Positions 12,601-27,600 are shown, counted from the stretch's first letter. The stretch: DNA of 64,000 bases from Phoronis australis (GCA_002633005.1 NMRA01000174.1:576853-640852); one strand, 5' to 3'. Program-made: numbers and translations. Notes: a model not told the origin generated them from the sequence alone.

Positions 12601-15600
12601 GATTCAATTTTAGAAAAGGAAAAAATAAAGATGATTCTATAGGTAAAAAAGAGCTGAAAGTTTGTTGTTAAGTTTTTGCAGATGTTTGACAAGAAACTGA
12701 GAAAAGATTTTGTCCTATTTTGAAAACTACTGCTTTAGTTGTCATGTTCACTCTGACCTCTCACGACACAGCATCTTGGCTCTACCCACACCATCGACCC
12801 GTTCACTACAGCACATTTACCAAGTCCAACTAGGGCGATTCTTACATGAGGGCGAGTTCATGCCCGACGTCAAGGAGTGCCTCTTTCCGCTGGTGTCAGC
12901 CAGCATCTCCATCTACTATCGTATGTGTACTGGCATGTTACCGACACCAGCCAAGTCACACTACACCTTCAATATCAGAGATCTATCACAGGTTTGTCTC
13001 TTGATTTGTTGCACTCTTGATTTGAATGAGCAAAGTGTTGTTAAGTCTCTGCACTCAAGGCCTGTTTCTAGAAAAGTCTATTGGCACTTATCTTTTGGTA
13101 AAAAATCAGATGTCTATGGCTGTCTTAAAACGTTTCCTCGAAAATCAGATTATGGCTGATGTTGGAAAATCAACTGAAAGCCAAAAGATAGAAATCCGAG
13201 AGCAGTCGGAAGCCAAAACGATTTTTAGAGTCCTTCATAACCTTAATTTTGCTTGCTCATGTTCTCCACTTTTTACGCAGGTTGTGACGGGGCTTCTGCA
13301 GGCCCACGAAGAAGTTATTGTGAACAAGGAAAACTGTGCGTACCTGTTTGCACACGAAGTGACCCGAGTATTCCACGACCGACTGGTGGATAAGCAAGAC
13401 AGGACAACATTCTTTAACTGTCTCTCAGAAACACTCATGGATTACTTCAAGGTACGTGACTGTGTCCATAGGATTTCATCTTAGTTAACTTATATTTTCT
13501 TGAAACATATCCTTCTGAAAAAAATTTGCTGGCAATGTATTTGAATCCCAGCACAAAAGCATCGTATGCTTGACCCAATTTCTAATTCTGTTGAGCGAAG
13601 AGGAATGGGTTGACAGGGATGAAATGCAGTCCCAAGATTCCTCAACAGACGTTGTGAGTCATTTTGTTAATCATTTGAATGTCTCACGGCCCAGCAGTGG
13701 CAATCTGACTGCATGATGGTCATAAAGAATTAATAAAAAATGTCAGTAAATATCTCACTGCATTAAAGCCACACAAGAATTTCAGAAAGCTGCCCATCAG
13801 CCACACTATTGCCATCTAGTGGCAAGACCTATTTCATCATGTAAACACTATCAAATAATGGTTATCAATTTATATCGAAGATCTAATTTGTTCCTATATT
13901 TTCGCAAGGTTTGTGCTTGTTGAGTAGTACCATGCTATTTTTGTCTCTCAGTTTCTCATTGTAATACCAAATGTATATGTTTTAAGAAATGTTAACACAT
14001 AAATGTCAAGTGGGTTTCAAATAGTGTTCTTGTTGATGTCTTGATTGTGTTCACCAGCTGGGTTCAACTCGTGAAGAAACGGCGGTAGGTTGTGTTTACG
14101 ACAGAAAGTGTGTCAGAATTGGCCTCGTGTTGTGAATTAACATTGTGTCGTAAGATCACCAAGTAATGAGATTGCACAACTCAATAACTTGTTCCCAGTA
14201 CAGTGTTTTGTTTTAGATGTGTTGTTCCAGGTATTGAATCATTTCAATTTGTTGGTGTTTTAGGGTTTCTTTCATGTACACAATCAAATAGTTATTCTTG
14301 TTCTCTTTTTACTTATTTCCTTATATGCCACTATGGTGGTTACAAAATTATGAAGTATTCAAAAATTTCAAATGTTTTATTGACTACTCTGGCATGAAAG
14401 ACATTAATTAAAATAATTCAAACACCAAGTATTTAGCACTGCAAAGCTAAACGCTTATTGTATGATAATGTTGTGTGCGTGTAAAATGCCTAACTTAGAC
14501 CGAGATGAGAGTTGCCATGTCTGTTACTGCACTGCTTATTAATAAGATGATGTCATAATACATGCACTGCTTAAGATGATGTCACGATATGTGCACTGGT
14601 TAAGATGATGTCATGATATGTGCACTTGTTAAGATGATGTCATGACGTGTGCCCTGTCTGCTTATTTGGTTGTCTCGTGTGAATGTGTTAATAACAGAAA
14701 ACGAAAAACGCAACTCTGGTTTTGTTCCTGAGGTGTTGAAGTAATAGACACTGTCAATTCTCACAGAGTATTGTTTTTTATTATATGGTTAACATATGAG
14801 GTAATGCTTCTCCCCGGGGAGGGGGGGGGGGGCTCTCCTGAAAGAGGGGTTATTAGGGTTGTACTGAGTAGGGAGGGTAAGGATACTGCCATGGGAACAT
14901 GATTTCTGAGTTGCTGAGATACTGCCTTGAACTGATTGTCAATGTGTGGCAGCACCATCTGTGAAATGTAGGAAGAGAACCTTGGGCACTTCTCATTACA
15001 CTGTTTGCAAAGTTGATAGCGTGCAATTGAAATTTGGAATTTTCATCCTGTGGTATTGTTTGGGGTAAGAGTATTTTATTTTTGCCCTGAAACACACAGA
15101 ACTGGCGTAGTTTTCAGAACTTAAAGTCAAAGTGTGAGAGTGCAAGTTCTTTCTTACTTTCATCAGTTATGATATTTAGAATTATATTAGTTACAATAAG
15201 TAAATTACAAGTGGTGCTGATCTAATGGTTAGTGGTGTTGTTATGGTTACAGGGTACGTGGGATCCTGAGGCACTTCAGCATAGACCAGTTTTGTTTGGA
15301 GACTTCCTTGATATGGACTCTGCTTTGGATAAACGAATCTACCGTCCAATAGCAGAGATGGACAAATTGACTCGATTGCTAGAGGAATTTAACATGAGGC
15401 AACTCAACTTGGGTAACTCACAGGTAAACTTAATATTATGTGTGTATTTCAAAGAATGCTCAAAGTGGTTGATGTCATGGGGTAATAATAATATACTATT
15501 GCCATTCTGGGCTTTGCTATTCAAAATTCATTGGGGGTAATAAAACATTAATCTTCTCAGGAAGGGCCATTAAACTTTTGTTAAGCTGTGTTTACTTACA

Positions 15601-18600
15601 CAGGACAACTGGGGCAGTTTTATGACTAAGTTCTGTCCACACGCAGACTTGCAGAACAACTTACACATTAAGTGGAGCATCCACACATACATATCCGATA
15701 ACTAGCACTAATGGGAAGTTGTCACTGACAATAAACAGCTGATGCGAACGTACCTCGAAAAAGAAAACCCATCTGTATGTAACTGCAGGTGATAAGTACT
15801 TCCACCTTGCCCCAGGTTTAGGGCCACATAGCGATTACCCTAGAGCAAGTTGCCCTTCCTTGAAAAGTTGGAGTAATTTGTCACAAGTAGGGCCGCAAGT
15901 TGCACTAGTTTAAAAAGAATCCACATAGCCTCCAAACCTAGCGACAACTCGTTCCAGGAATAACTTGTTCTAGGGTGAGTTTGTGTGTGGATAGCACTTA
16001 GGAACTAGGTTCACTTGCACTGACCTTGCTTGCCAATTTCAAAAGGCCTTTTGTGTGTGTGAAGGACTGATTTGCAACCATTGGCAAAATTCTAAGCCAC
16101 CGTGTGGACTAGTTACACCCTCCAAGCCCAAAATGTCATTCAGGTGAACAATGCAAAATTCCTTCCTTATTGGATTGTGAAAATGTTCACTCTGACTAAA
16201 CACCAATTCTGTTAACACTTTGTAGTAATTAGCTTACTACCAATTCACTGATTTTTGAATGACTTCATTTCAATACCCTTGTGTGTTAAACCAAACAGAT
16301 GTGGCATTGCCCAGAATCAGTTTTTAGATCTATATTAAGCATTGTGTTTTTGCTTTCTTTTTAATATAAATAAATTTTGATTGTTAACATGTTGAAACCT
16401 CATACATGGCTGATTATGCTTGTGGTATTTTGCAGATACTTAGTTTCAAGAGTGATCGTTGCATTTCATCTCGCCTCGTAAGCAACACACTAACAAAATA
16501 AGTTAGGGTTGTGTTTGTTATGGGAAACAGATTTTTAAAATGAAATTGTGGCATGTTATTGTTTATGTTGTAACAAAAGGCTTAGATGAAAAATTCAATT
16601 ATCCAGAAAATACTTTAATTTATTTTTAAAATTAATGATAGTAGTAAAGAACTTGTTCTGAAATATGATGAAATTTGTGAAGCTGAAAAAGAACTGTCTT
16701 CATGGTACAAAACTGAGTCTTGTTGGTCAATATTGCAGGCATCCCAGGTAGTTTTCTTCAAAGAAGCTGTAGAGCATATTGTCCGAGCTGCGAGGGTGTT
16801 CAGGCAACCAGGAGGTCACATGTTGCTGGTAAGATATGGGTTGGAGATTACAATGTGTGAGGAATCAAAAACAACTCTCTAGTGTAGTGAAAGCACAGAA
16901 ATAACTTCCAATTGATCGTTTTTGCACAAGTCAATTGACCCTTAACTTCCAATTGATCGTTTTTGCACAAGTCAATTGACCCTTTACCTACTCAACAAGT
17001 TATTGTGTTACTTTAGTAGTATGGTGGATTGATGCTGCAAAAAAATAGCACTACTTGAAATCTTCATTCGTGAACCTAGTATTTATTGTAGATAGAGTTG
17101 AAAGTTTGTCCAACAAACACAAACTGAGTTGTTGTTTTGTGACTCAATAAATTGTCTCTGTGAATCGCAACTGTTATTGAAATGACATACTGTTTAGAGA
17201 GCTTTTAGATAACTATATCATGTGGATCTTGTGGTCATCAATAATGGCTAACATGTAAATTGATTCTGAAACTGTTGTGTTAGCAGCATAGCAAAATAAA
17301 TTGACCAGGTATTATGAAATAATGACAATTTGAGATGTCTTCGACAGATTCATTTTGTTAAACTATTGCCTGAATGTTGCTGCGACTTCTAGCATTTGTC
17401 ATATAAGCCTCACATCGTGGTATTGCTGAGATACATAGATCATTCATTAACTCCCCTCAGGTGGGCCTTGATGGTACAGGTAAACAGACCACAGTTGCCC
17501 TGTCCAGCCTGATCATGGGTGCACACATGTACACTCTCACCTTGACCCGTGGTTACAATGTGCAGGACTTCCACGATGACCTCAAGGATGTGTATAAGAT
17601 AGCTGGGGTCAAGGGTAAAAATACAGTCTTCATGTTGACTGACAGTGACATAGTCAAGGTAAACCACTGCTGCCCCCTATTGAGAATTTCATGTCTGTCC
17701 ATTTAGAATTGGTAGTTTGTTAGAGCTGACTTTGTTTACTGGGTATTATGTCAACCATTACAGGGTATCAAGTGATGGAGTATTGGTTAACTCTGGGAGT
17801 TATGTGATTCTGTATTGTATAAAGATTTAATCATCTTTAAAAAAGTTTCAAATTAGCCTAAGGTTCCTTATTGATACATTTTAATTCACTTTTTTAGCCT
17901 AGGTATATATTAAAGGAGTTTCCTGAATAAGTTAAATTTCTATTGAAATTATTCTAATTTGTTATCCATAGTGAGCAATCAGTAAATTTTTCACTGACTA
18001 TTTTCACATCGGGTAGTAATTAAATTACCATGATGGTCATCAAAAGCAATCTATTCTTTCTTCTTTGCTATCTCTTTAATTTCAATGTTTGATTATTATC
18101 GTAATGATTGTATTGATTGCTACATATTACTTTGGACTACCTAACCAAAAATGTGCACCGGAGTCCAGGCTGATGTGCTGATCAGTATTGTACAGACTGT
18201 GAACTCTGCCATGATCATTACAGGAGAGTTTCCTGGAAGACATCAACTGTATCTTGAACTCTGGAGATGTGCCTGACCTGTTTGATAATGAGGAACTTGA
18301 TGGCATAATGATGGACTTGAAACATGAAGCCATGGTGGCAGGTATCCCTGACACACGGGTCGCTGTCTATCAATTCTTCTTGCAGGTATTTGTAATATCT
18401 TATTGCCAATTTTAAATGTTTTTATTCATGTTGTAGTTTTGAATGAATACCATTTAATGAAATGCAAAAATTTGTTGATTGAGAAACATATTTTTTGTGG
18501 TATCCAGATACCAATTGGTAGAACATTGTTTGACAATTGGCTTTACGGTTATTGTTGTTTTGATGGTATTTTGTTTCTTATACATATTTTCTCACCTCAA

Positions 18601-21600
18601 GTCGATAAATTCATTTAACACTGGACAGGTTTATTACTGTTCTATCCTATACTCAGTCCAGAGCCTGGTTGCATGAAACAGTCCCAAAATAAGGACTCAA
18701 CTAAGTTACCAAAATATACCGAATATTTGTGGAGTTGTGAAAACACTGATTGTCCTTTCTTATGCTGTTTGAGTCTCATTACTAAGTCCACTTTTTACCT
18801 TTGAGAGTGAACTCTACGGTGAATTCTCAATATTATTGAAAATAAGTAGGGATCTTTTCGTGCAATGCTCCTAATTTAAGGACTAAATCCCTAATTATTT
18901 TGACTAAATTAAGGGCTCAGTTTTTACATTATTAGAAAATGTCATTAGTCAAAGAGGAGTTCATAATGAAGATAAAATGATAGAAAAACTATTACATTTA
19001 TGAGTAAAGAACGAAACAGATACACAAAAGATTTAGGTAACTTAATAGTTGAGTCCCTATTTGGGACTGTTTCATGCAACTGGGCACAGGAGTATAAGTG
19101 ATTTTCCACTCTGTGGACTGAATTTACTCATAACAATATTTCAAATAAAACATTGTTAATATTGAATTTTAAATTTGTGTCACATTATATTCCTAAATTC
19201 TTTGTTGTTCTTTGCAGAGAGTTCGTAAAAACTTACACATTGTTCTGACAATGAGCCCTGCTGGTAAGAAGTTCCGTCAGCGTTGTCGTATGAACCCAGC
19301 TCTCATCAACTGCTGCACTATTGACTGGTATGACGAATGGGACAGAGAAGCCATGTTGAGTGTCGCCAATGTGTACTTTGAAGACGAGCACTTCACCAAT
19401 CGCTTTGACGAATCGACCTTTGACCTGAAACAAAAAGTGGCCGAGGCGTGTGTCAATGTGCATCACAGTGTCTCCGTGGCAACATCAAAGTTCTGGGAAG
19501 AAATGCGTCGGCGTTACTACATCACACCCAGCAGCTACATGGAACTGATCAAGAACTACGCGTACATGCTGAAACGCCAGAAAACAAAACTGATGGACAA
19601 TCGAGATCGCCTCATGATTGGGTTGTCCAAGCTGTCGGAGGCGAACTCGCTGGTTGGCACGATGCAAGATGAGCTGGTGTCACTGGGGCCGAAAATTGAA
19701 GAGAAGGCGAAGGATACGGAGCTGTTGTTGGAACAACTAGAGAAGGATCAGGAGGCTGTGGATCAAGTGAGGACCATCGTGGAGAAAGAAGAGTCGGTGA
19801 TGAAGAAAGAGACACAAATAGTGCAGAACTACGCTGATGTGAGTATGCTGCACTCTTTTCTGTGCATTTTATACACTACTTGGAGTTTCATTGCTGAAGA
19901 GTCCTGACATATTGGGATATGTATGGGTTGCAATGGATTTGTTGTGACGTTCCCTCTGTCAGAGGTTTTGTAATTTAAGCTCTGATAGAAAATGAGTTTA
20001 TTGAGTTTTTAGTTGTCAACAATTGTACCATGTACAGGCTGGAGGTACAAGGTACCATGTTAAATTAACTTGCTGCATATTTGGACCCTTGAAACCATGC
20101 ACACTATGACATCAAGGTACTTCAGTGTCCAGATAATGATGATTGTTTTAGTCTGATGTTAGTTGCCAGTGGATAACTTTATCAATGCTATTATGAATTA
20201 AAGTATTTAAAACTTTGAACAGTTGATTATTGTGGACAACCAGTAAAACTGTTCATGATAGCATCAATATTTAATTAATGTGGCTGTATTCTGAGCAAAC
20301 TATCGTGATAAGCATGTTCTGTGAAAAGATGGTTGTGTTCTCTCATCCAATATTTGGTCGTAACAACGTGTTGCCATCTATGATGGTCTCGTGCTCATTT
20401 TATCTTTTACACGTAATGTTTTTGTTAACCAGGAATGCCAAAAAGACCTGGCCTCTGTTCTGCCTGCTTTGCAGTCTGCCATTGCATCACTTGATCGTCT
20501 GGATAAAAGTGACATTGCCGAGATTAAGTAAGATTTAATAGAAGTCATACAATTTTGTTTTTAATGCCTTTTTTGGGCCATCATTTTAATATCATTGGTA
20601 GTGAACAATACATTCTTCCTGCAAACTAGTTATTCTAGATGTGGTGATTCTTGTGACAATTTGTCATCCTAGCTATATGGTTTTGTAGGTTTTTTTTAAA
20701 AGAAACGGGTCCATGATATCATCAGGGGGCCTAACCTTCAACCTCAAGCAACAACTGCTTGATGCCAAAATTCACTAAGAATTTTATTTTTTTCAGTGAC
20801 TGTAGGAGTGGAACAGTCTCCCTTGCCCATCAGAATGTGCCTGTACATTGATATCATTTGTCGTGACAGTGATTTTGTTCTGTTTTCAGAGTCTACCACC
20901 GACCTCCACAGATGGTGATCAATGTTATGAACGCCGTTTGCACACTGCTGCAGACGAAACCTGATTGGCCGTCTGCTGTCAAGTTGTTAGCAGACGCTGG
21001 CTTCCTCAAGAGGCTGGTTCACTTTGACAAAAACAACTTGCCTGATTCTGTACGTTAGTTGTGTGCTTTAAGTCATTGAAAGGGGATTGTTGTATTAAAA
21101 AAATTCCATCAGGACATAATATTTGTTTGCTTAAGGCTTGACCTCTTAGTGTTGGTTTCTTTGCAAAATGATGTACAGTAAATTCTCAAAAATATGGTAG
21201 TTATGGCCCAAACCTTGAACATGGCAAAGCAATTTAATTTTGGTGGTACAAATATTTTATGAAAAAATAAAATTGGACTTCTCTGTCACACTATTTCCTA
21301 AACTGGTGAGATTTTACCATATCAGTAGTGTACAATTGACCATGGAATTCATTCTAACATTATGGTAAACCAATTTAGTTTTGATGGTACAAATATTTTA
21401 TAAAAAAGTGAGAAAATATAATTATTCTACTTCTCTGCCACGTTATTTCTTAAATTGGTGAGATTTTACCCGTTATCAAAAGTATACAGTTTAACAAATG
21501 AATTCATCATTCTAATAAAGTAAACCACTCAGTAAATTCCAGAAACATTGTACAAGGAAAGAGTTTTAAGGGAGTCTGGTGATTTCTTGCTCTAATAATC

Positions 21601-24600
21601 GCTAAATTTTCCATCTGGAGAGTAGGCCCATAATCATTGAAAGTATATTCCTCTTGCCATGCTATGTATAAAGAGACTGTTACTTAGAAAAAAAATGTGG
21701 TGGATGTTAGTTGATAATTGTTATTTGTTGGTGCGTTATTATAAGTTTCCTTCTTCAGGTGTTTGCTAAACTGAAGAAATTCACCAAGCTGGCCGACTTT
21801 GTGCCTGAGAAAGTGGGCGGGGTTTCTATCGCCTGCAAGTCGATGTGTGAGTGGGTGCTGGCTATTGAACATTACAACGAAGTCTATAAGGTAAGGGTTA
21901 CTGGAGGTATTCCTTCTTTCATTTTGCTATGAAAGACTTATTCTTAGAAGCAATATAAAAAACAGGTGATGACAACTTATTCTTGATATAATCCATAGTC
22001 ATCTTTGGGGTGAACTATGACATCATCATTGTTGCTGGTATTTTGATCTAAAAATAACTTTTGCTGTAAGAGATTTAGGAATAAGGTCATGTTGGATTAA
22101 TTGTTTGTGAATTTCGTTTACCTTAATTCCAAGTCCGCCTGTACCATGAAAGCTGAGTTAAAGAATTTTCATTCGATTTGTTGAAAACATTGACTACACA
22201 ATTAGTGCAAACTATGCAAAATATATTTTACTTATAGAAGAATTTTTGGAATTATAAAAAAATAAATTTTCATTCTGTCAGCATTTTCACATAAAATTCC
22301 TTGATCTCCTAATATTGTGTGCTAAACACACTACAAGCCAAAAGAATTCAGACAAAATAACCCGGAATTCCTGAATTCCTCGTCAGAGTAATAGTCCCTC
22401 GTGATTGAGGATGAAAGAGAATTAACAGGAAAGTTAAAGGTGGCTAAACCATTCAGTAATTAAAGTCTTGCCACCGTAATTATTATTAACAGTAATTTCA
22501 GCTGTTAACAGACTGAATTAGCTGTTGTTACAGGAAAATGGTATTTCGTCTGATTACCTTTGTCTTGTACAGTAGTTGAAGAATCATAGAACGACTTGGT
22601 TCCCAGTGTTCTATTTGTTGTATTATTTTAATGATGACTTGACTAAATATGGGGTGTTGAACATCAGATGGTGAAACCAAAGCAAAAACGAGTTGAGGAA
22701 GCGCGTGAAGCATTGGAGCTGGCGCAGAAACACTTGGCTCAGAAACAGGACAGTCTGTCAAAGGTGAGTTGAATAGTTGTGTCACACCTCTGGGTTGTCC
22801 TATTGACTGGGTATTAATTATTCATCCCTTTAGTCAATTTACTTTTACTACATTAGTCAAGACTAGCATGTAAAGGAAAAAAATCTCCGCTTTGGGCCGG
22901 TCTATAAAGTTTAGTACTCAGAAATTCAAGCCAAAATTGTATTTTCTTGATTGAAGACTGGGACACGAGGGATTTTGCGGTTCATCATATTTCTTTAATA
23001 TGGGACACGGGTTTATCAACAGAATCTGAAAATAGACTTGACAGTTCATAAAATCATTTATGCAACATTTTCGTACATCCCATAATGTGTAAAACAGAGG
23101 TCAATGATGCATGCACGACATGTAGTCTCTAGGGAAACTTATCACAGGAATGTCACGACAAACTGGTGAACAGCTCTTTACTCTAAATTTTCCCACATGA
23201 TAAAAAGCCCCATCTTTCTTCATTAGTTCCACTCTCTCTTCATTAGCTTCACTCTTTTTATAAGCTACACCCTTTTTGTTCACCCCATCATTTTTATTAG
23301 CTCCACCCTTTTTGTTTGCCCCATCATTTTTATTAGCTCCACCCTTTTTATTAGCCCCACCTTTTCTTCATTAGCACCACCTCTAGTTCATTAGCTCAAC
23401 CCTCCTCTCATTTGCACCATCCTTTCTTCATAAGCATCATGTTTTCTTCATTATCACCATCCTTTGTGAGTAATATCCTTTCAATCATTGTCAAAACTGA
23501 TCTTTAGTACCAGAATTAATTCTCCCACCAGATCATGGACCACCTGAACATGCTGCAGCAGCAGTACCAGGACAGTGTCAACCAGAGAGAGTCCCTGAAG
23601 GAGAGGAAGATACTGACAGGACAGAGGATTGAGAGGGCGTCTGTACTCATCAATGCATTGTCTGATGAGAAGGTATAGCTTCAGTAATCCTTGATGCATT
23701 GTCTTATGAGAAAGTATAGCACAGATGTGGTTCATATTATGAAGTGAATTTAGGCTCAAAGAAATTACTCTACTACAGCTGATGTTTCTCCAGCCTATCA
23801 TATTTAGGTTACATTTAGCATGATACAATACCCGATATGTTTTGTCTTCAGCTTTCTGGACAAATAATGATTTTCTACCTTTTTGGTGCTATCTATTATA
23901 GCGTTCCATTTTGCGCTAAATGTTTCCTTGAAGTCAAATGGACAGGTACAAAATTTTGTTGTTGACCATGAAACTCCAATGAAATCTTTTGAAGCAGGCT
24001 TGATGCTGTTCACACTTTTCAGAAAGTATGTTTTTTTTACTTCTACAGTAAAATTTACTTTTCACTGCATAATTTCTTTCCAACTGCACAGATCCGTTGG
24101 GCAGACTCTGTGGACGAGCTAGACATCAAACTAAAAGGTGTTGTGGGAGATACCCTTGTGGGGGCAGCAGCAGTCTCCTACCTGGGGGCATTCATGGCTA
24201 AGTACAGGCGAGAACTGACTGACAAGTGGACACAACTGTGCCAGACAGCAAGCATTCCTCTGTCTGTGTCTTATAATTTGGTCAAGAGTCTGGCTGATGC
24301 CAATGAGGTATGTCACTGCATTGAATTGTTCATGAATAGCACATGTAATCATTGTGTGCTAACTAAGATAGGTTTTGTACATAGTGCATGGAGATATGTG
24401 TGTGCCATTAATTGTGGGAAGGTGGGAGCTTGATCAACTGCGTGTGGTCGATGTGAGATGAATGACTGTATGTTTAGCTCACAGCATCACAATCCATCCT
24501 AACATCCACACAGATTTGTTGGTGGGTAACCAATTGAATTAATTGTGTATTCAAATATACTTTGTTGTGAAATAAGTAAATTAGTTAGCTTATATCTCAA

Positions 24601-27600
24601 CGTTTGACAGCTGGATGAGTTTGAGTCTCAAGTCTAGTGCGAACTTTGTTCTTCTAGGTATTGCTGTGGCATAATGAAGGTCTTCCCCAAGATAACCACT
24701 CAACAGAGAATGCTGTTATATTGAAAAATAGCAAGAAGTGGCCACTGCTCATTGACCCTCAGGGACAGGCGTCCAAGTAAGTGGGACACTGGTACATTGG
24801 GGATGTTTGGGTAGTTGGGCTCATGAAGGGAATTTGTTATGTTTTGTTACTTAAATAAGAATGGATTGAGAGAAAAATAATAAAATGAGATTGTTCATCC
24901 TGATAAAGTACACAAGAACACAATAGCCCTGTTGGTAATGTTTGGTTATTACAAGTAATGACAACCTTTTATAATTATAAATACCAAGTGACACAAATAA
25001 AATTAATGTACATTATGTATTTGGTAGTCTTGCTTTTAAAAGTTTTGTATGTTGTTTTTATGTTGTTAAACCTGATTTGCACATGATGGTATATGAACTT
25101 GCAGTAGCAAGAAACTGTTAGTGAATAAAGATAACTGAAATTGTCATTTACTAATTAATGAGAGGCAAGATACAAACAGATGGGAGTATTAATTTTCCTC
25201 TTGTCATGCTGACTTGTGTCTCTTATCAGGTGGATTGGGCAGATGGAAGGTGAGAAACTGAAAGTTGTCCAAGCCTCGGACCCCAACTACATGAGAACAG
25301 TTGAAAATGCCATCAGAGTCGGTGACCCCGTGCTCTTGCAGGTGTGACATTTGAACTTTTGCTGTCATTTATACCTTGATCCTCAATCTGCATAACTTGC
25401 AAGATTTTTGCATCATAATGTGAATCCGTCAATAGTAACATATTGGTTGCATCATCACAGAGTGAGTTGGCACTGGTGAGTCCAGCTGTAGAAGCAATCA
25501 ATAAATTCCATTCAGTATTGGCGTAGTGTAATTGACATTTAACATTCATTGAAGTTGAGGAAGAACCATTCCAAAATAGGGTGATCTATGTTAGTGTACA
25601 GTTATTATCAAACTCCATTAATCAGAAGTCCATATTCTGTTGCAATTAATTTCTTTATTTTCCTAACCTTCTCAGGAATGTACCGAGGTGCTTGATCCTC
25701 AGTTGAAGCCCATTCTTCTTCAAGAGACGTTCACACGGTCTGGACAGACCGTCATCAAGCTGGGGGATACTGAGATAGAATATAACCAGAGTTTCAGGTA
25801 TTGAATGTTCTTCATTCTCTCCTGTCATTTTTCTCCAGGCTGATTTGTTGAATGCAAGAATTATGTACTATTCCTGCCATTTTGTAAAACACAAACCACT
25901 CATTAGTTAAGCTATTTTGTACCAACCTGTTCTGTTGTTGATATAATCTGTTAAGTATCACATGAATAATTATAATAATAATATGGTGAAATCTCACTAT
26001 TTAGGACATAGTGTGGCGGACAAGTGAAATTTTACTTTTAATTCTTATTCGTTCATAAAAGATATGCTGCACCAAGTTCTGTAACCATGGCTACTACAAG
26101 ACTTAATGTTGAAAAACTGGGCATTCTCAAAAATGTTTAAGGTTTATGTATTACCTTTCAGTTGGAAAAGTGTCAGTAATGGCTGGTTAGATTCATATGA
26201 AACTTTCAGATAACATACTTAATGCGTTGCTCTCCAAAACACTTTCCACTGTTGCACGAAGGACTATCAAAAACAGGACTTTTATCAAAAAAAAAAATCA
26301 AACTTTACTGGCTTAAAACGAAAACAGGTGGTTTAGAAAACTGTATGGCGTTTTTGAAAAAAATTCATTTCGAACATATTTGTCGAACAAAACTTGGTCA
26401 TGTTCTTAATATTGTTGTTTTCCTATGAGTGTGCCATTCTTTTTTGCTAAATTTTTCAAAACACTTGTGGTAATGTTACCCAACTAATGGCAGATTAGTA
26501 TAAAGTCAAAAATCAAAATCTGCAGGCTTTCAAATTTCCGAATATATATACTTTCACTGTGTTTTTAAGATATTTGGGTGAATATACATACTTAACAATA
26601 AAGTCCTACTTAAAACCTTAAAACATCTTCCAAAAATGAAAAAAGCAATTTTGGCATAGTTTGCAGTTGCTTAGATTTCCCTATCGTATTGCCCGGATTA
26701 TTCCATTTTTTAAAAACTTGCTCCAACTTTGATCAAATTTGTTGTTTGTTGACCGCTGTACTGTACGCACTGTGTAAACAATGACATTTCCAACATGTTG
26801 TGTAAGCTGTAAACAAAACAATGTGTAAGGACAAACTCTGTCTATTTAACAGGCTATACATGGCTACAATAATGAGTAACCCACACTATCTGCCTTCGGT
26901 GTGTATCCATGTCAACCTTATCAACTTCACAGTCACATTTGACGGTCTTCAGGAACAGCTGTTGTCTAGCGTTGTTCAACAGGTCAGTGTTTTATTTGTT
27001 GAGGAATGTTATCCAGATTTATTGCCATTTGATATTTTTAATAAGGATTGCCTTCATCAGAATCTCTATTATGATTTCTAGAAAGTGTTATATAGGTGTT
27101 ATAGCTAAAAGAAATTCTTTCGCTTTGACGGATGAATTGAATAAAACAATAGTGTCAACCTTGTAGCAGAGCTTTTGGGATATAGCTGCATTTTGATCCC
27201 CTAGTGCAATAAATTGTAAGTGTAGTGTTTTACATGTAGCTATTACATGTCTTGAAAACCTGATACTTTGGTCATTTTGCCAAGTGGTGGACTGAAGTCT
27301 GAATTAAGTGACTGGAACCTGAGGTTGTGACGTTTTCTCTTTGTTTAGGAGCGACCTGTGCTGGAAAATCAAAGGCGAGAACTGCTAGAGAACATTGCTC
27401 AAGATTTACAACTTCTGAGAGATTTAGAAGACAAGTCACTGAGTCTTCTTCAGAGTTCTGAAGGTTTGTGTCTCTTGTGTCTCCTTTATTCAACAGAATC
27501 GCCCTAGTTTAAAGTTTCCCTTTTTGTGGAGATTGAAAAATACATTAATATATGAACTGCCCTACTTTTCAAAATGTCAGGCACTCCTGAGGTGATTGAT

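Noticed and set aside
14542-14657. 29-bp repeats resembling a CRISPR array
   Set aside because: Units are head-to-tail with no unique spacers, the context is a eukaryotic intron, and there are no cas genes. It is a minisatellite.
14217-14800. Exon-like pair 14217-14230 (14 nt) and 14767-14800 (34 nt)
   Set aside because: Each shifts frame alone, and the joint peptide has intron-like T-rich composition.
26027-26774. CATAGTG...CACTGTG ends suggesting a Transib/RAG-type element
   Set aside because: Inverted similarity does not extend beyond the heptamer, and there is no TSD, nonamer or transposase. Probably a generic decayed repeat.
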